IMG/VR virus record: IMGVR_UViG_3300020044_011666
Coordinates: 1-44,105 of that record
DNA length: 44,105 nt
From: a virus
Taxonomy: Duplodnaviria > Caudoviricetes
Reading direction: 5' to 3' (one strand)
The position numbers and the translations under genes are program-made. The notes beneath the pieces were generated by a model. It searched no databases, was not told the DNA's origin, and worked only from the letters and a program-made list of their open reading frames with translations. Position 1 is the stretch's first letter; every line of letters begins with the position of its first letter. Below are positions 34,934 to 44,105 of the stretch, one piece after another.

Positions 34934-36829
34934 ATGGTAGAAATAGCCGTACAAAAACAGTTAATTATCGAACAAGACATTGATTACGGCATTGGTACCG
35001 TATCTCAAACAAGAGGCGGAGTTAATATAGTAGGCAATCGGGTAAGAACTATTGTGCCTGTTGGCTCTATTGAAGAACTAAATGCTCTTGATACAAATAA
35101 ATTTACGCGTGCTGCTTTATTTAGTGGCACGAGTACTACCTTTTACAACTATTATGGCGGCAGTTGGAACAAAGGAACCGCTGAAGTTAGCACATTAGCT
35201 GAACTTGCAGCTTTGCCTGGCTCTTTAGGTCAAATAGTTAAAGTTAAAGGTCACACAAATTTAAACGTTGGCGGCGGTAACTTTATCTGCATCACTGGTA
35301 ATGTTGTATCAGATAATGGGGATCATTTACCTTGTCCAAATAATGCTAACTTACAATGGAAGCGAATAAATCCTAAAAAGACTCCGTATGAGTTTGGCTT
35401 TATAGACGGAGCTAACGATGCTTCTGTTGCTATTAATGCTTGCACAAATGCCTACGGTGCGTGCTACCTGGATAAAGGTAAAACTTACAATATTCGTTAT
35501 ACAGTAATTCCTAAAGTGCTTCATTGCATAGGAGGTATTGCTACTCTTAATTGTCAGTCTCCAACTAATAACACGCGTTTTGGTGGTCAGTTCTCTGCTG
35601 TGTACCCTTCAGGTTCTGTAGGAGCTCCGTTAGAAGGAGTTGATGTAAGAAACATCATTGTACTTTGTAATAAACTGATTGGTTCTTCAGGTTCAGTAGG
35701 CATAAAAGGATTTATATTCCAGCAACTTAAACAATTCTATCAAAGTGGTTGCACCGTAATTAACAGTGCATCTTATGGCTTTTGGGATTTAGATACTAGC
35801 GAAATTGGTACTACATATTGCAGCGGCATTCGTGAAAACTGTACAGCTATTGACTGCGCAGTCAGTTTTGAACAGGTTAACGTTAGAGGCGTAACTTTAC
35901 GTAATTGTGTAGCTTATACCTCTACTTCTTTATCTGGCTACGCTGTAGAATGTCAATTCCATCCTTATGGTGGTTCTGACATGCAGTTAGTGTACGAGAA
36001 CTGCCGAGGAATTGCAGATGGGCCTTGTCCAGTAATTATGATGGCTTTGTTAACATGTAAAAATGTTACAGTAAACAACTGTACCTTTATAAATAACTAT
36101 ATTAGCCCTGGTAATATTACCGCTGCATTTTATTGTGATGCATCTGGTGGAGATTTTGACCTATTCCAGTTTAATGACTGTGTTTTCACTAGCTTAGGCT
36201 CTTCTGCTGTAACAGTTCAACCTGGTGCGTTAGGTTCAACAACTAATAACTTTGCATTCAGTAAGTGTAAAATAACAGGTAATGCTGTAGGTGTGCAGTT
36301 TAACGGTGTTGGTGGACGATATTCTTTTGCAGACTGTACGGTATTTGCAAGTGCGGCAAGCCCTACTCAACCTTGGGCTTATTACAACAATGGTTCAGCT
36401 AATATTATACAAATTACTCGAGGTCATGCCACAGCCTCAGGACCTTCTGTAGGCGCAACTGCGACAAACCTGTCTGCTAGTTCTTTTGTAGGAACCATTC
36501 AAACTCCAGCAGGTATTCAACAACCTATAGTTCGGCAGAAAGTACTAGGTCAGGCTGTTATGTCAGGAGATGGTTCTACGTATTCTCAAATACTTATTAC
36601 AATGCCATTTAACTTTTTGAACTGGACAAGTCAAGCGGTAAACACCACTAAAATAGAAGTAAATTTTGTAGTGGATTCTGGCTTGTCTGGCGCCGTAACT
36701 TATCCGGCTTCTTTAGCAATGGCTTATCCTTATGTAGTAAGGCTAGAGAGTGTAAATCAGCTAAGGATAATTGCAAATACTGTAGTACAAGGCAAAACTG
36801 TTCGTTACAGTGTAACTGAGTACGAATAA
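34934..36829 (+). CDS. Tailspike/depolymerase with parallel beta-helix
   Basis: VKGH...GGG.F, WKR, TPYEFG...DASVAINA, then pectate-lyase-like repeats. Confidence 0.8.
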   Translation: MVEIAVQKQLIIEQDIDYGIGTVSQTRGGVNIVGNRVRTIVPVGSIEELNALDTNKFTRAALFSGTSTTFYNYYGGSWNKGTAEVSTLAELAALPGSLGQIVKVKGHTNLNVGGGNFICITGNVVSDNGDHLPCPNNANLQWKRINPKKTPYEFGFIDGANDASVAINACTNAYGACYLDKGKTYNIRYTVIPKVLHCIGGIATLNCQSPTNNTRFGGQFSAVYPSGSVGAPLEGVDVRNIIVLCNKLIGSSGSVGIKGFIFQQLKQFYQSGCTVINSASYGFWDLDTSEIGTTYCSGIRENCTAIDCAVSFEQVNVRGVTLRNCVAYTSTSLSGYAVECQFHPYGGSDMQLVYENCRGIADGPCPVIMMALLTCKNVTVNNCTFINNYISPGNITAAFYCDASGGDFDLFQFNDCVFTSLGSSAVTVQPGALGSTTNNFAFSKCKITGNAVGVQFNGVGGRYSFADCTVFASAASPTQPWAYYNNGSANIIQITRGHATASGPSVGATATNLSASSFVGTIQTPAGIQQPIVRQKVLGQAVMSGDGSTYSQILITMPFNFLNWTSQAVNTTKIEVNFVVDSGLSGAVTYPASLAMAYPYVVRLESVNQLRIIANTVVQGKTVRYSVTEYE

Positions 36830-37392
36830 TGGATAACTTAGCTAAACTACTAAAGCAAGCAGGTTCTTTAATAGAACCTGCCATGCTGCAAGCTATAATC
36901 AAAGTCGAAACTGGTGGTGCTGGTTTTGACTCTAAAACAGGTAAAATTCTTATTCAATTTGAGCCTCATTGGTTTAAAAAGAACGCACCGTTTGCTCCTT
37001 CTGGAGCTTGGACTGTTAATAAAGTAGAAGTTCAAAGCAAAGAGTGGATTGCTTTTAACGATGCTTTTAAGAAAGACAAAATTGCAGCTATGTTGTCTAC
37101 CTCTATAGGTTTGCCTCAAATAATGGGCTTTCATTACGGTAGACTTGGTTATACTTCGGTAGGTGCAATGTGGGACGACTTCAAAGTTAGCTTAGACAAT
37201 CAAATACTTGCTTTAATAACTTTTTTAGAAACTGACAAAAAGTTGTTACAGGCTTGTATTAGCAAAGATTTTAAAACTATTGCTGATTGCTATAATGGCT
37301 TAGGTTGGCCTGAAATAGCTAAAAAGTACAATCGTGAACCTTATCCAATTTCACTCAAAAAAGAGTATTTAAAAGCAGGCGGTAAGTTATAA
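36829..37392 (+). CDS. Endolysin, N-acetylmuramidase (DUF3380)
   Basis: AIIKVETGG.GF, FEPHWF, STS.GL.QIMGFH, YNG. Confidence 0.9.
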   Translation: MDNLAKLLKQAGSLIEPAMLQAIIKVETGGAGFDSKTGKILIQFEPHWFKKNAPFAPSGAWTVNKVEVQSKEWIAFNDAFKKDKIAAMLSTSIGLPQIMGFHYGRLGYTSVGAMWDDFKVSLDNQILALITFLETDKKLLQACISKDFKTIADCYNGLGWPEIAKKYNREPYPISLKKEYLKAGGKL

Positions 37393-37850
37393 TGTCAATT
37401 ACTCCAGTTGGTGCTTTGCTTGAAATAGGTTCTACACTTATTCAAAGGCTTATACCAGATAAACAAAAGCAAGCAGAAGCTTTAGAAAGACTAACTAAGT
37501 TGCAGCAAGAAGGCGACTTAGAAAAACTGCGTCTTGAAGTAAATTTAATGCTTGGCCAACTGGAAGTAAACAAACAAGAAGCAGCACATCCAAGCATTTT
37601 TGTTGCAGGTTGGCGTCCTGCTATTGGTTGGGTTTGCGCTATTAGTTTGTTTACTTACTACGTACCTTACGCCTTAGCGGCTACTTCAATGTGGGTACAT
37701 ACTAGCATGGTCACAGGTATACTACAGCCTAGACCAGATTTTAGTGTTGCAGATTTGATGGCTTTGATCGGCGGTATGCTTGGTATAAGCTGGCAAAGAA
37801 CTAAAGAGAAATTAGAAGAAGTCGACACTAAAGGTGTGAAATGGAAATAG
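37392..37850 (+). CDS. Holin-like protein (GTA holin 3TM family)
   Basis: EA.H.S.FVAGWRPAIGWVC; GMLG...RT.EK. Confidence 0.8.
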   Translation: MSITPVGALLEIGSTLIQRLIPDKQKQAEALERLTKLQQEGDLEKLRLEVNLMLGQLEVNKQEAAHPSIFVAGWRPAIGWVCAISLFTYYVPYALAATSMWVHTSMVTGILQPRPDFSVADLMALIGGMLGISWQRTKEKLEEVDTKGVKWK

Positions 37851-38131
37851 ATCAATTGAAAGCTTTATATCACTTTATAGGTGGAATCATGTTATCAATT
37901 ATTGTCGCTCTATTGCGTGTACTAGCTGATAAAGAAGAAACAAATTGGCAGCGCATAGGTATAGAAGCATTGTTATGTGGCAGTATAACCGCTACTATAA
38001 TTTCATTGGTTGCATTCTTAGATTGGAACCTATCAATTAGTGGATTTATAGGCGGAACAGTAGGTTTAGTAGGTTCTGTTTTTGTTCGCAAAATTGCCCG
38101 CAAAGTAATTATTACTAAGGTCGATAAATGA
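37841..38131 (+). CDS. Lambda-S-like class I holin
   Basis: Three TMs; A.LR......W....EALLCG; FIGG.VG.VG; basic tail. Confidence 0.8.
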   Translation: MEIDQLKALYHFIGGIMLSIIVALLRVLADKEETNWQRIGIEALLCGSITATIISLVAFLDWNLSISGFIGGTVGLVGSVFVRKIARKVIITKVDK

Positions 38132-40032
38132 AACTTCAAAAATTTGATGGCGGGTTATCCACTAGACTTAGTCCTCAGTTCATTAATCAAGATCAAGGAG
38201 TTATCTATAACAACATAGATAACTCCAAAGGTTGTCTAGTACCTGCAAAAAATAAAACACCTACTACGCAAAGTGCGCTAGCTTTCAACTGGTACTCTAA
38301 TGCGCTTAATCGTTGGTTTAGTAATAATAATTATACTACATATGTAGAATATAACTCAATTGTATATGAAGCCGGTTCTAACATACAGCAAGTTCACACA
38401 AGTAATAGCACTTTTGCTATGGGCATAACTGCGCCTGGTTCACTTACTGTAGCTAGTGTATTGCCTTCTTCACCTGTTACTGATGCAACAGTTAGTTCTA
38501 CAATAGGCGGAGGAAACTTACCTAATCAAGATATAACTTATTTATTGATTAACGATTCTGCAGGAACTTTTTCTACCACTTTTGAAATTACTCATACTGC
38601 ATCTTCAATACCACAGTCTTCAGCCTCAATAAATATTTTAGGTAACAAGTTTACAAAAGCAGGTCTTCGCAAACCTACTGCTGCTGCAGACACTCTATTA
38701 AAAAGTATAACAATCAGCAAGCCTAAGACAGCTTTGCTAGGGTCCAATGGTATAAGAGTCTTTAGGCAATACAAAGACGTTTGGCGTCAAGTAGGTATAT
38801 TAGCTACGGAAGCAGATACTTTAGTTGACGCAGTAGAAGACATAAGTGCTAATATTGAATTAGATACTACTAAGTATAGTCCTTTAGTTGGAATATACCA
38901 GTATGTTATGACTTACTACGATTCTAATAGAGGCAGAGAATCTGGTCCTTCTCCTGTATCTGCTGAATTCGACTTGCAGGACTCTGGCTATTTACAACTG
39001 GATAGTTTACCTGTATCTACTAATCCTACAGTAAATCAAAAGAAGATCTACCGTGTCGGTGGCGAGCTAACAAATTTTGCTTTGGTTGCAACTATAAGCA
39101 ATAGCACAACTTCTTTTCTTGACAATTTAGCGGATTTTCAAATACCTGGAGATATTTTAAACACACAAATAGTTTTACCAGCACCTACAGGCTTGAGCTA
39201 TCTAGTCACTGCAAACGCAATGCTTTTTGGTGCATTGGGTTCTAAACTAAGGTATACACCTATAGACCAACCAGAGTCTTGGCCCGAATTGTACTTTATT
39301 ACTTTTGAATCTACTATTACGTCACTAGCAGCAGTTGCTGCAGGTATATTAGTTTGCACCATAAACCAAACTTTTTTAGTTAGCGGTAGTGGACCTAACT
39401 CATTGTCAGTAGCTCCTATTAGCACAGATCAAGGTTGCATAAACCACAAATCTATGCAAGTTTTAAAAGGCTCAGCTTTATGGGTATCACAAGAAGGTAT
39501 ATGCACATCTTCTGGAGATTTAGTAAACGTGATATCTAGAAATTCTTTAGGTGCTTTAAATATTTCAGTACTAGATAGCGAATTGGTTAACGAGGTATAT
39601 TATGTATTAGCTAGTAATGGAACAACATATAGCTTTGATACGGCAATTGGCCAAATTTTTAAAACCTATACTTTTGCAGTTTCTTCGTTAGCTAAAAGAA
39701 ACTCAGTGTTGTATGGCTACGATAATGGTACATTATTTACTTTACTTACTGCTACAAATAATTTAGAAATGCACTTCAAGTCTGCTTGGTTTGTGGAAGG
39801 CTCGTTTACTCTATCTAAACAATATAAACATATTTACATTTTTTCAAAAGGTGATATAATAGTAAAAGTCTATATTAACGATGTTCTTGTTGCTACAGAG
39901 CAACTCGATACTTCACTAGATAATCACCAAATTTCAGTTCCTCAAGAACTTCTTAGAGGAGCTTTTTTACAGTTAGAAATAATTGGAACTGGTGAAGTCT
40001 ACGAAATTGAATATGAAGTAGGTACTGGTTGA
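38128..40032 (+). CDS. Tail stabilisation/tubular protein B-like
   Basis: F.GGL..RLSP; Y..TY......ES.PSP.S; IYR; PESWP..Y; GC; beta-rich. Confidence 0.75.
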   Translation: MKLQKFDGGLSTRLSPQFINQDQGVIYNNIDNSKGCLVPAKNKTPTTQSALAFNWYSNALNRWFSNNNYTTYVEYNSIVYEAGSNIQQVHTSNSTFAMGITAPGSLTVASVLPSSPVTDATVSSTIGGGNLPNQDITYLLINDSAGTFSTTFEITHTASSIPQSSASINILGNKFTKAGLRKPTAAADTLLKSITISKPKTALLGSNGIRVFRQYKDVWRQVGILATEADTLVDAVEDISANIELDTTKYSPLVGIYQYVMTYYDSNRGRESGPSPVSAEFDLQDSGYLQLDSLPVSTNPTVNQKKIYRVGGELTNFALVATISNSTTSFLDNLADFQIPGDILNTQIVLPAPTGLSYLVTANAMLFGALGSKLRYTPIDQPESWPELYFITFESTITSLAAVAAGILVCTINQTFLVSGSGPNSLSVAPISTDQGCINHKSMQVLKGSALWVSQEGICTSSGDLVNVISRNSLGALNISVLDSELVNEVYYVLASNGTTYSFDTAIGQIFKTYTFAVSSLAKRNSVLYGYDNGTLFTLLTATNNLEMHFKSAWFVEGSFTLSKQYKHIYIFSKGDIIVKVYINDVLVATEQLDTSLDNHQISVPQELLRGAFLQLEIIGTGEVYEIEYEVGTG

Positions 40033-40610
40033 TGTCAAATAACGAAACACTTATTCAAGTACCAACAAACTTATCTGACCCTTTTCAGCTAACTTTATTT
40101 TTAAGGAAACTTGTAGAAAAGATAGATGTTGTGCTCGGTTATAGAGGTCAAGATCCTTATTTGGCTTCTTCAGATATGGCGACTCTTACAGAGACTTTAA
40201 ACACTTTACCTGCTACGCTTGATAATTTAGAAAGCAAGTTATCTAAAGCCGGTATAGAATTAACTGAGTTAAGTAAGTCTGTAGCAGATTTGAGGAACCG
40301 CTTTCAACAGCTTCTTCAAGCGCTAAATACCACACAATCTTTAGACATCGCTTACAGAGACTTTAACTTTTCGGGCTATGGTACACTAAAAGGATTTTAT
40401 CAGTTTACTGCACTTGGTTCAGAAATTACTAATCCACCTACAGGTGCTGCATTAGTAGGCCCAACAAGCTATACGTTTATTTTGTCAAGCTATGTTACTT
40501 CTGGAGGTGGAGTAGTACAAGAAGTATATGTTACTTCTGCCACAACAAAAACTTTTCATAGAAGAGCAGGTGACACTTTTGCTCTTGTACTTTCTTTAGG
40601 GTGGTTCTAA
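40032..40610 (+). CDS. Virion protein (tail needle-like; coiled coil plus beta domain)
   Basis: Position in the tail module; central heptad repeats. Confidence 0.5.
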   Translation: MSNNETLIQVPTNLSDPFQLTLFLRKLVEKIDVVLGYRGQDPYLASSDMATLTETLNTLPATLDNLESKLSKAGIELTELSKSVADLRNRFQQLLQALNTTQSLDIAYRDFNFSGYGTLKGFYQFTALGSEITNPPTGAALVGPTSYTFILSSYVTSGGGVVQEVYVTSATTKTFHRRAGDTFALVLSLGWF

Positions 40611-41038
40611 TGAATTTAGAGTTATTTACAAATAGACAACAGTCTAGAGAAGCTATTGATGCGTTTGAGATACAGTTGTTGGCGCAACCTCAACTTGAAA
40701 TAGAGCCTCGCCATTTTTTAATACCAGGTAAAATGTATGCTCGAGAATTGTTTATGCCTGCAAATTCAGTAATTATGGGCAAGATTCATTTAAACGAGCA
40801 TTTTGTTTTTATTGCTTTTGGTGATGTAGTTGTAGCAACAGATGAAACTGTCGTAAGGTATACAGGTCCACAAACTTTCATTGGTAAACCTGGTTCAAAA
40901 AGAGTGTTGCATGTTTTGCAAGACACTTTATGGACTGCAATACATGTAACTGATGCTCATACAGTTCAAGAATGTGAAGACACATTGGTTGCTGCAAATT
41001 ACTCAGACTTGGCTTTGCCAAGTTTTTTGGAGGCCTAA
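40610..41038 (+). CDS. Cupin-like conserved phage protein
   Basis: RHF.PG.YAREL..PA...GKIH...H; PG.KR; W..IH. Confidence 0.65.
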   Translation: MNLELFTNRQQSREAIDAFEIQLLAQPQLEIEPRHFLIPGKMYARELFMPANSVIMGKIHLNEHFVFIAFGDVVVATDETVVRYTGPQTFIGKPGSKRVLHVLQDTLWTAIHVTDAHTVQECEDTLVAANYSDLALPSFLEA

Positions 41039-41039
41039 T

Positions 41040-41675
41040 ATGTCATTTTGGATAGCGGGTGCAACAGTAGTTACTGGAGTAGTAGCAGCAGACGCCTCAG
41101 GAGATGCAGCGGATAAAGCTGCAGGAGCTAATAAAAAAAGTTTAGCGTTTGAAGAAAAGAAATATGCAGACTGGGAATCAGTATACGGCCCAATTCAGCA
41201 AAACTTATCTAAGTACTATAATAAAATGACACCAGAAAATTACGCGGTACAAGGTGTTACTCAGTTTAATAAAGAAAACCAAGCACAGCTAGAAAAAATT
41301 AACCAAAACTTGGCTCAACGTGGTATGCTAAATAGCGGCACAGCTGCAGCTGTTACATTAGCTTCTGGCTTAAACGCAGCAGAACAAAAAGCAACTATTC
41401 GTGCTACTGCCGACGAAGCTGTCGCAGCAGAACAAGGTAGATTTTTACAAATTGGACTCGGCCAAAATCCTGGTGCTTCTTATAGCCAAACATTAGCTCA
41501 ACAAGCTAGTAGAGCTTCTTCAGATGCTGCTTATGCTTCTGGTCAAGCAGGTCAAGCTATTGAATCAGCTATTACAACTATTGGTACAGGGTTAAGTGAC
41601 TACAGTAAAAAGAAAAATCCTACTCAAGACGTCGGAACTATAAACACAGGTAATCAATATGCCAACATCGGTTGA
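41040..41675 (+). CDS. Probable DNA ejection (pilot) protein
   Basis: GGAGG RBS before MSFWIAGA; A/Q/G-rich; LAQRG.LNSG motif. Confidence 0.65.
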   Translation: MSFWIAGATVVTGVVAADASGDAADKAAGANKKSLAFEEKKYADWESVYGPIQQNLSKYYNKMTPENYAVQGVTQFNKENQAQLEKINQNLAQRGMLNSGTAAAVTLASGLNAAEQKATIRATADEAVAAEQGRFLQIGLGQNPGASYSQTLAQQASRASSDAAYASGQAGQAIESAITTIGTGLSDYSKKKNPTQDVGTINTGNQYANIG

Positions 41676-43272
41676 TATTGCATCAGGCGTAACTCGCGGA
41701 CTTGCCAAAGTTGCGGATTATAATCGTGATTCAGATGCTAGAGAAGCTCGTAACTCTCGTGCTCGCTTAATGCAGCAACAGGCAGAAGCTCAAATAGCTT
41801 CAAATTTGCCTAAAGCTCAAGCAGACGTAGAAGTTGAGCAGCTTAAAAGCCAGCTGTCTACTATGCAAGCAGAGTCTCTTAAAAAAGATACTTTTAATGC
41901 TTTTAGTCGCTATGATAGTGATAACGATACTTCGCATTTAAATACTTTCTTAGCTAATGCTAAGAAAAATCCTTTAGGTCAAGGCATGTATGCAAATATT
42001 GCGCGTTTTGACCCATTGCGTGACACACCTGAAGTTAGAGCTCAACTTGGGCAAATGGGTGTAGATAATATTGAAGACTACTTAGCTAATCCAGAATTAG
42101 CGGCTAGTAAAGTATTAGTTACCCAAACTGATGGAACTCAAACTGTTTCTGACATGAATAAAATGTATGCCATGACAGGCTATACAGATTACTTAGGTGA
42201 AAAACAATTAGCTAAGTTAAATCAACGTGCGGCTATTGACCGTTTAATTCAAGGTCCTCAGTCTGCTGAAACTAACTTGATTCGCAAAATGGCAGAAGAA
42301 CAAGGTATTAGTATAACTAAAGCAGCTCAAAACTATTTTAGAGATAAACAAGGCGGTGCATCTGGTGGGCGCAAATCAGCTCAAGAACGTATTGCGGATG
42401 AAATCATGGCAGAAAATCCAGAAATGTCTATGGAAGATGCGATGATTCGGGCAAAACAACTTACTACTTCAGGCTCTGCGTTAGAACGTGAAGCTCGTAG
42501 AGTAGCCGGCGAAACTGGTGAAGACTTTCAATCTGTGTATCAAAGGCTTAAAAACAACGAAGAACGTACTACTAAGCGTAAGCAGCTAGACGAAGCAGAA
42601 AATGTCAGAGCTAAAATCGACGAAACAGTTGGCGGTGATTTTTTAGCGTTAGACACAGTAGACGATAAAACCAGAGCTAAGATTGGTCGTCATATAACTG
42701 AGCTTGAGTCGTTGACAGGTAAATCTTTTTCTACTGATGACAAAAAAGAGTTGCGTAAACTTCGTAACTTAATGCAGCTTGGCGGTAAAGCTGGAGAAAA
42801 ACTTACTGAGGCAGATACTGGCTTTATTGATGCAACTCTGAAAAGTGTTAAAAAGTACTTTGTTGACGACGCCAAAGGAACAGAAGCTTCTTCTGCTTAT
42901 CAAACTTTTGCTAACACTTTGCGTAACATGTTTTATGGTGCTACGTTAACTGATGCAGAGATTGAAGCATTTAGAGCAGCTTCAGGTTCTTTAAAGCAAC
43001 AGTTGAAGCCTGCATTAGCTGGTTTGAAGACGCAGTTAAGTACTGTGCAAGATCAAATGAAAACAATTTACGAGCTTAATGATGAATACATAGCTCAGTA
43101 TTACTTAGGTTCAAGTTTACAGCAAATGGAAAAAGTAATGGACGCTATGGATGAGCGTATTGCTTTGTTTGACGAAATTGAAGATGATGTAATTAAAGCC
43201 GAAGTACCAGTTAAAGGTGCTGAAACTCAATCTCGCCCATCTTTGGACGAAATATTTGGACGTGCTAAATAA
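41659..43272 (+). CDS. Probable DNA ejection/internal virion protein
   Basis: 537-aa helical protein; G.TLTDAE motif; located in the ejection module. Confidence 0.6.
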   Translation: MPTSVDIASGVTRGLAKVADYNRDSDAREARNSRARLMQQQAEAQIASNLPKAQADVEVEQLKSQLSTMQAESLKKDTFNAFSRYDSDNDTSHLNTFLANAKKNPLGQGMYANIARFDPLRDTPEVRAQLGQMGVDNIEDYLANPELAASKVLVTQTDGTQTVSDMNKMYAMTGYTDYLGEKQLAKLNQRAAIDRLIQGPQSAETNLIRKMAEEQGISITKAAQNYFRDKQGGASGGRKSAQERIADEIMAENPEMSMEDAMIRAKQLTTSGSALEREARRVAGETGEDFQSVYQRLKNNEERTTKRKQLDEAENVRAKIDETVGGDFLALDTVDDKTRAKIGRHITELESLTGKSFSTDDKKELRKLRNLMQLGGKAGEKLTEADTGFIDATLKSVKKYFVDDAKGTEASSAYQTFANTLRNMFYGATLTDAEIEAFRAASGSLKQQLKPALAGLKTQLSTVQDQMKTIYELNDEYIAQYYLGSSLQQMEKVMDAMDERIALFDEIEDDVIKAEVPVKGAETQSRPSLDEIFGRAK

Positions 43273-44105
43273 TGAGCCAAACTATTACTACTGAGTACTT
43301 AAGAGAGCTGTTTAAATATGGTTACGAGGCATTTGAAAGTTCTCGTATTGAAGCTAATGACGTGTGGGACCTTTACCACAATCGTCATTACACAGAGCAA
43401 CAACTTAGTATATTAGCTGCAAGAGGTCAGCCAGCTGAAACTTTTAACATTATTAAAATGTTTGCTCGTATGTTAGTTGGTTACTATTCTACTGTAGTTA
43501 ATACTGCTGTGGCTATACCTGTTAACCCTCGTGATATTGATTCGGCAAGCATGTTGACCGATATTATCGACTATACGCTTAATGACAATCGCTATGATAT
43601 TGAAGGTGATCAAATTAAGCTTGGTGGTCTAATATCTGGTATATTAGTTTGCTTCAATAATGTAGTAGACACAGGTTTTAAAGATTCTTTTGGTAGGCCT
43701 ATTAACCGCATTACTTCTCATCACGTGGCAGATGAGGAAGTTGTGCTCGACCCAGACTCAGTGTTAACGGATTACAGCGATGCTCGTTGGTTACACAGAT
43801 TTAAGTGGTTACATAAATCCGAAGTGATTCGTCAGTTTGGCAAATCTCATATAGATCATATGGATGCGTACTATAATAGTTTAGACGTGCCTGAAGCTGA
43901 CTTTGAATTTAAATTTTCTACTAACTTTCAAGGCCGCTATAGAGAGCATGAACACTACTTAGTTATACACACTGTGCTGTTGGACGAGCAAAACAAGCTT
44001 TGGTCAATTTTTTGGTCTGGTGGACATATTATCAGTAAAAAAGACATTAGCAATAAAAAAGCTAAGTGGCCTTACCGTGTGCAAAAACTACATACCTCTA
44101 ACAAA
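43272..44105 (+). CDS. Portal protein, N-terminal part (continues at window start)
   Basis: ATG 43272: MSQTITTEYL...RGQPAETFNII...DPDS...DYSDARW; open to the window end and in frame with 95..1132. Confidence 0.85.
   Translation, partial: MSQTITTEYLRELFKYGYEAFESSRIEANDVWDLYHNRHYTEQQLSILAARGQPAETFNIIKMFARMLVGYYSTVVNTAVAIPVNPRDIDSASMLTDIIDYTLNDNRYDIEGDQIKLGGLISGILVCFNNVVDTGFKDSFGRPINRITSHHVADEEVVLDPDSVLTDYSDARWLHRFKWLHKSEVIRQFGKSHIDHMDAYYNSLDVPEADFEFKFSTNFQGRYREHEHYLVIHTVLLDEQNKLWSIFWSGGHIISKKDISNKKAKWPYRVQKLHTSNK
43985..44105. repeat. Terminal direct repeat, right copy
   Basis: Identical to 1-121. Confidence 0.95.

Noticed and set aside
1270-42875. Many antisense ORFs in the track (e.g. 13849-14376 +, 29937-30455 +, 32732-33133 -)
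   Set aside because: They are shadows of well-supported genes on the opposite strand, with no RBS or motifs

Overview
The window is an apparently complete, circularly permuted ~43,984-bp phage genome with a podovirus-like gene set. Bases 1-121 are repeated exactly at 43985-44105 and split the portal gene. The plus-strand morphogenesis operon runs from 31461 across the origin to 4845: scaffold, N4-gp56-type major capsid, adaptor, beta-helix tailspike, DUF3380 endolysin, two holins, tail stabilisation protein, ejection proteins, portal and a 1237-aa ejection protein. The minus strand carries the terminase pair (divergent from the head genes), a non-coding putative terminus/control region (28340-29050), small early genes, and a replication/nucleotide module (primase-helicase, Dda-like and SNF2-like helicases, SSB, PolA, ligase, nucleases, two MazG-like pyrophosphatases, a thymidylate synthase homolog and dCMP deaminase). 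No integrase, RNA polymerase, tRNA or CRISPR array was seen. The strongest leads are: (1) a thymidylate synthase homolog with Asp at the Asn177 specificity position, predicting dCMP methylation, clustered with an NTP pyrophosphatase, DUF6378 and dCMP deaminase; (2) a frameshift-split CoaB-like ligase/class II aldolase fusion among the early genes; (3) a Fur-box array at the putative genome end; (4) a 23-bp RNA duplex bracketing the first early gene; and (5) a pseudoknotted SSB leader. All functional calls come from motif recognition by eye; no database searches were run.
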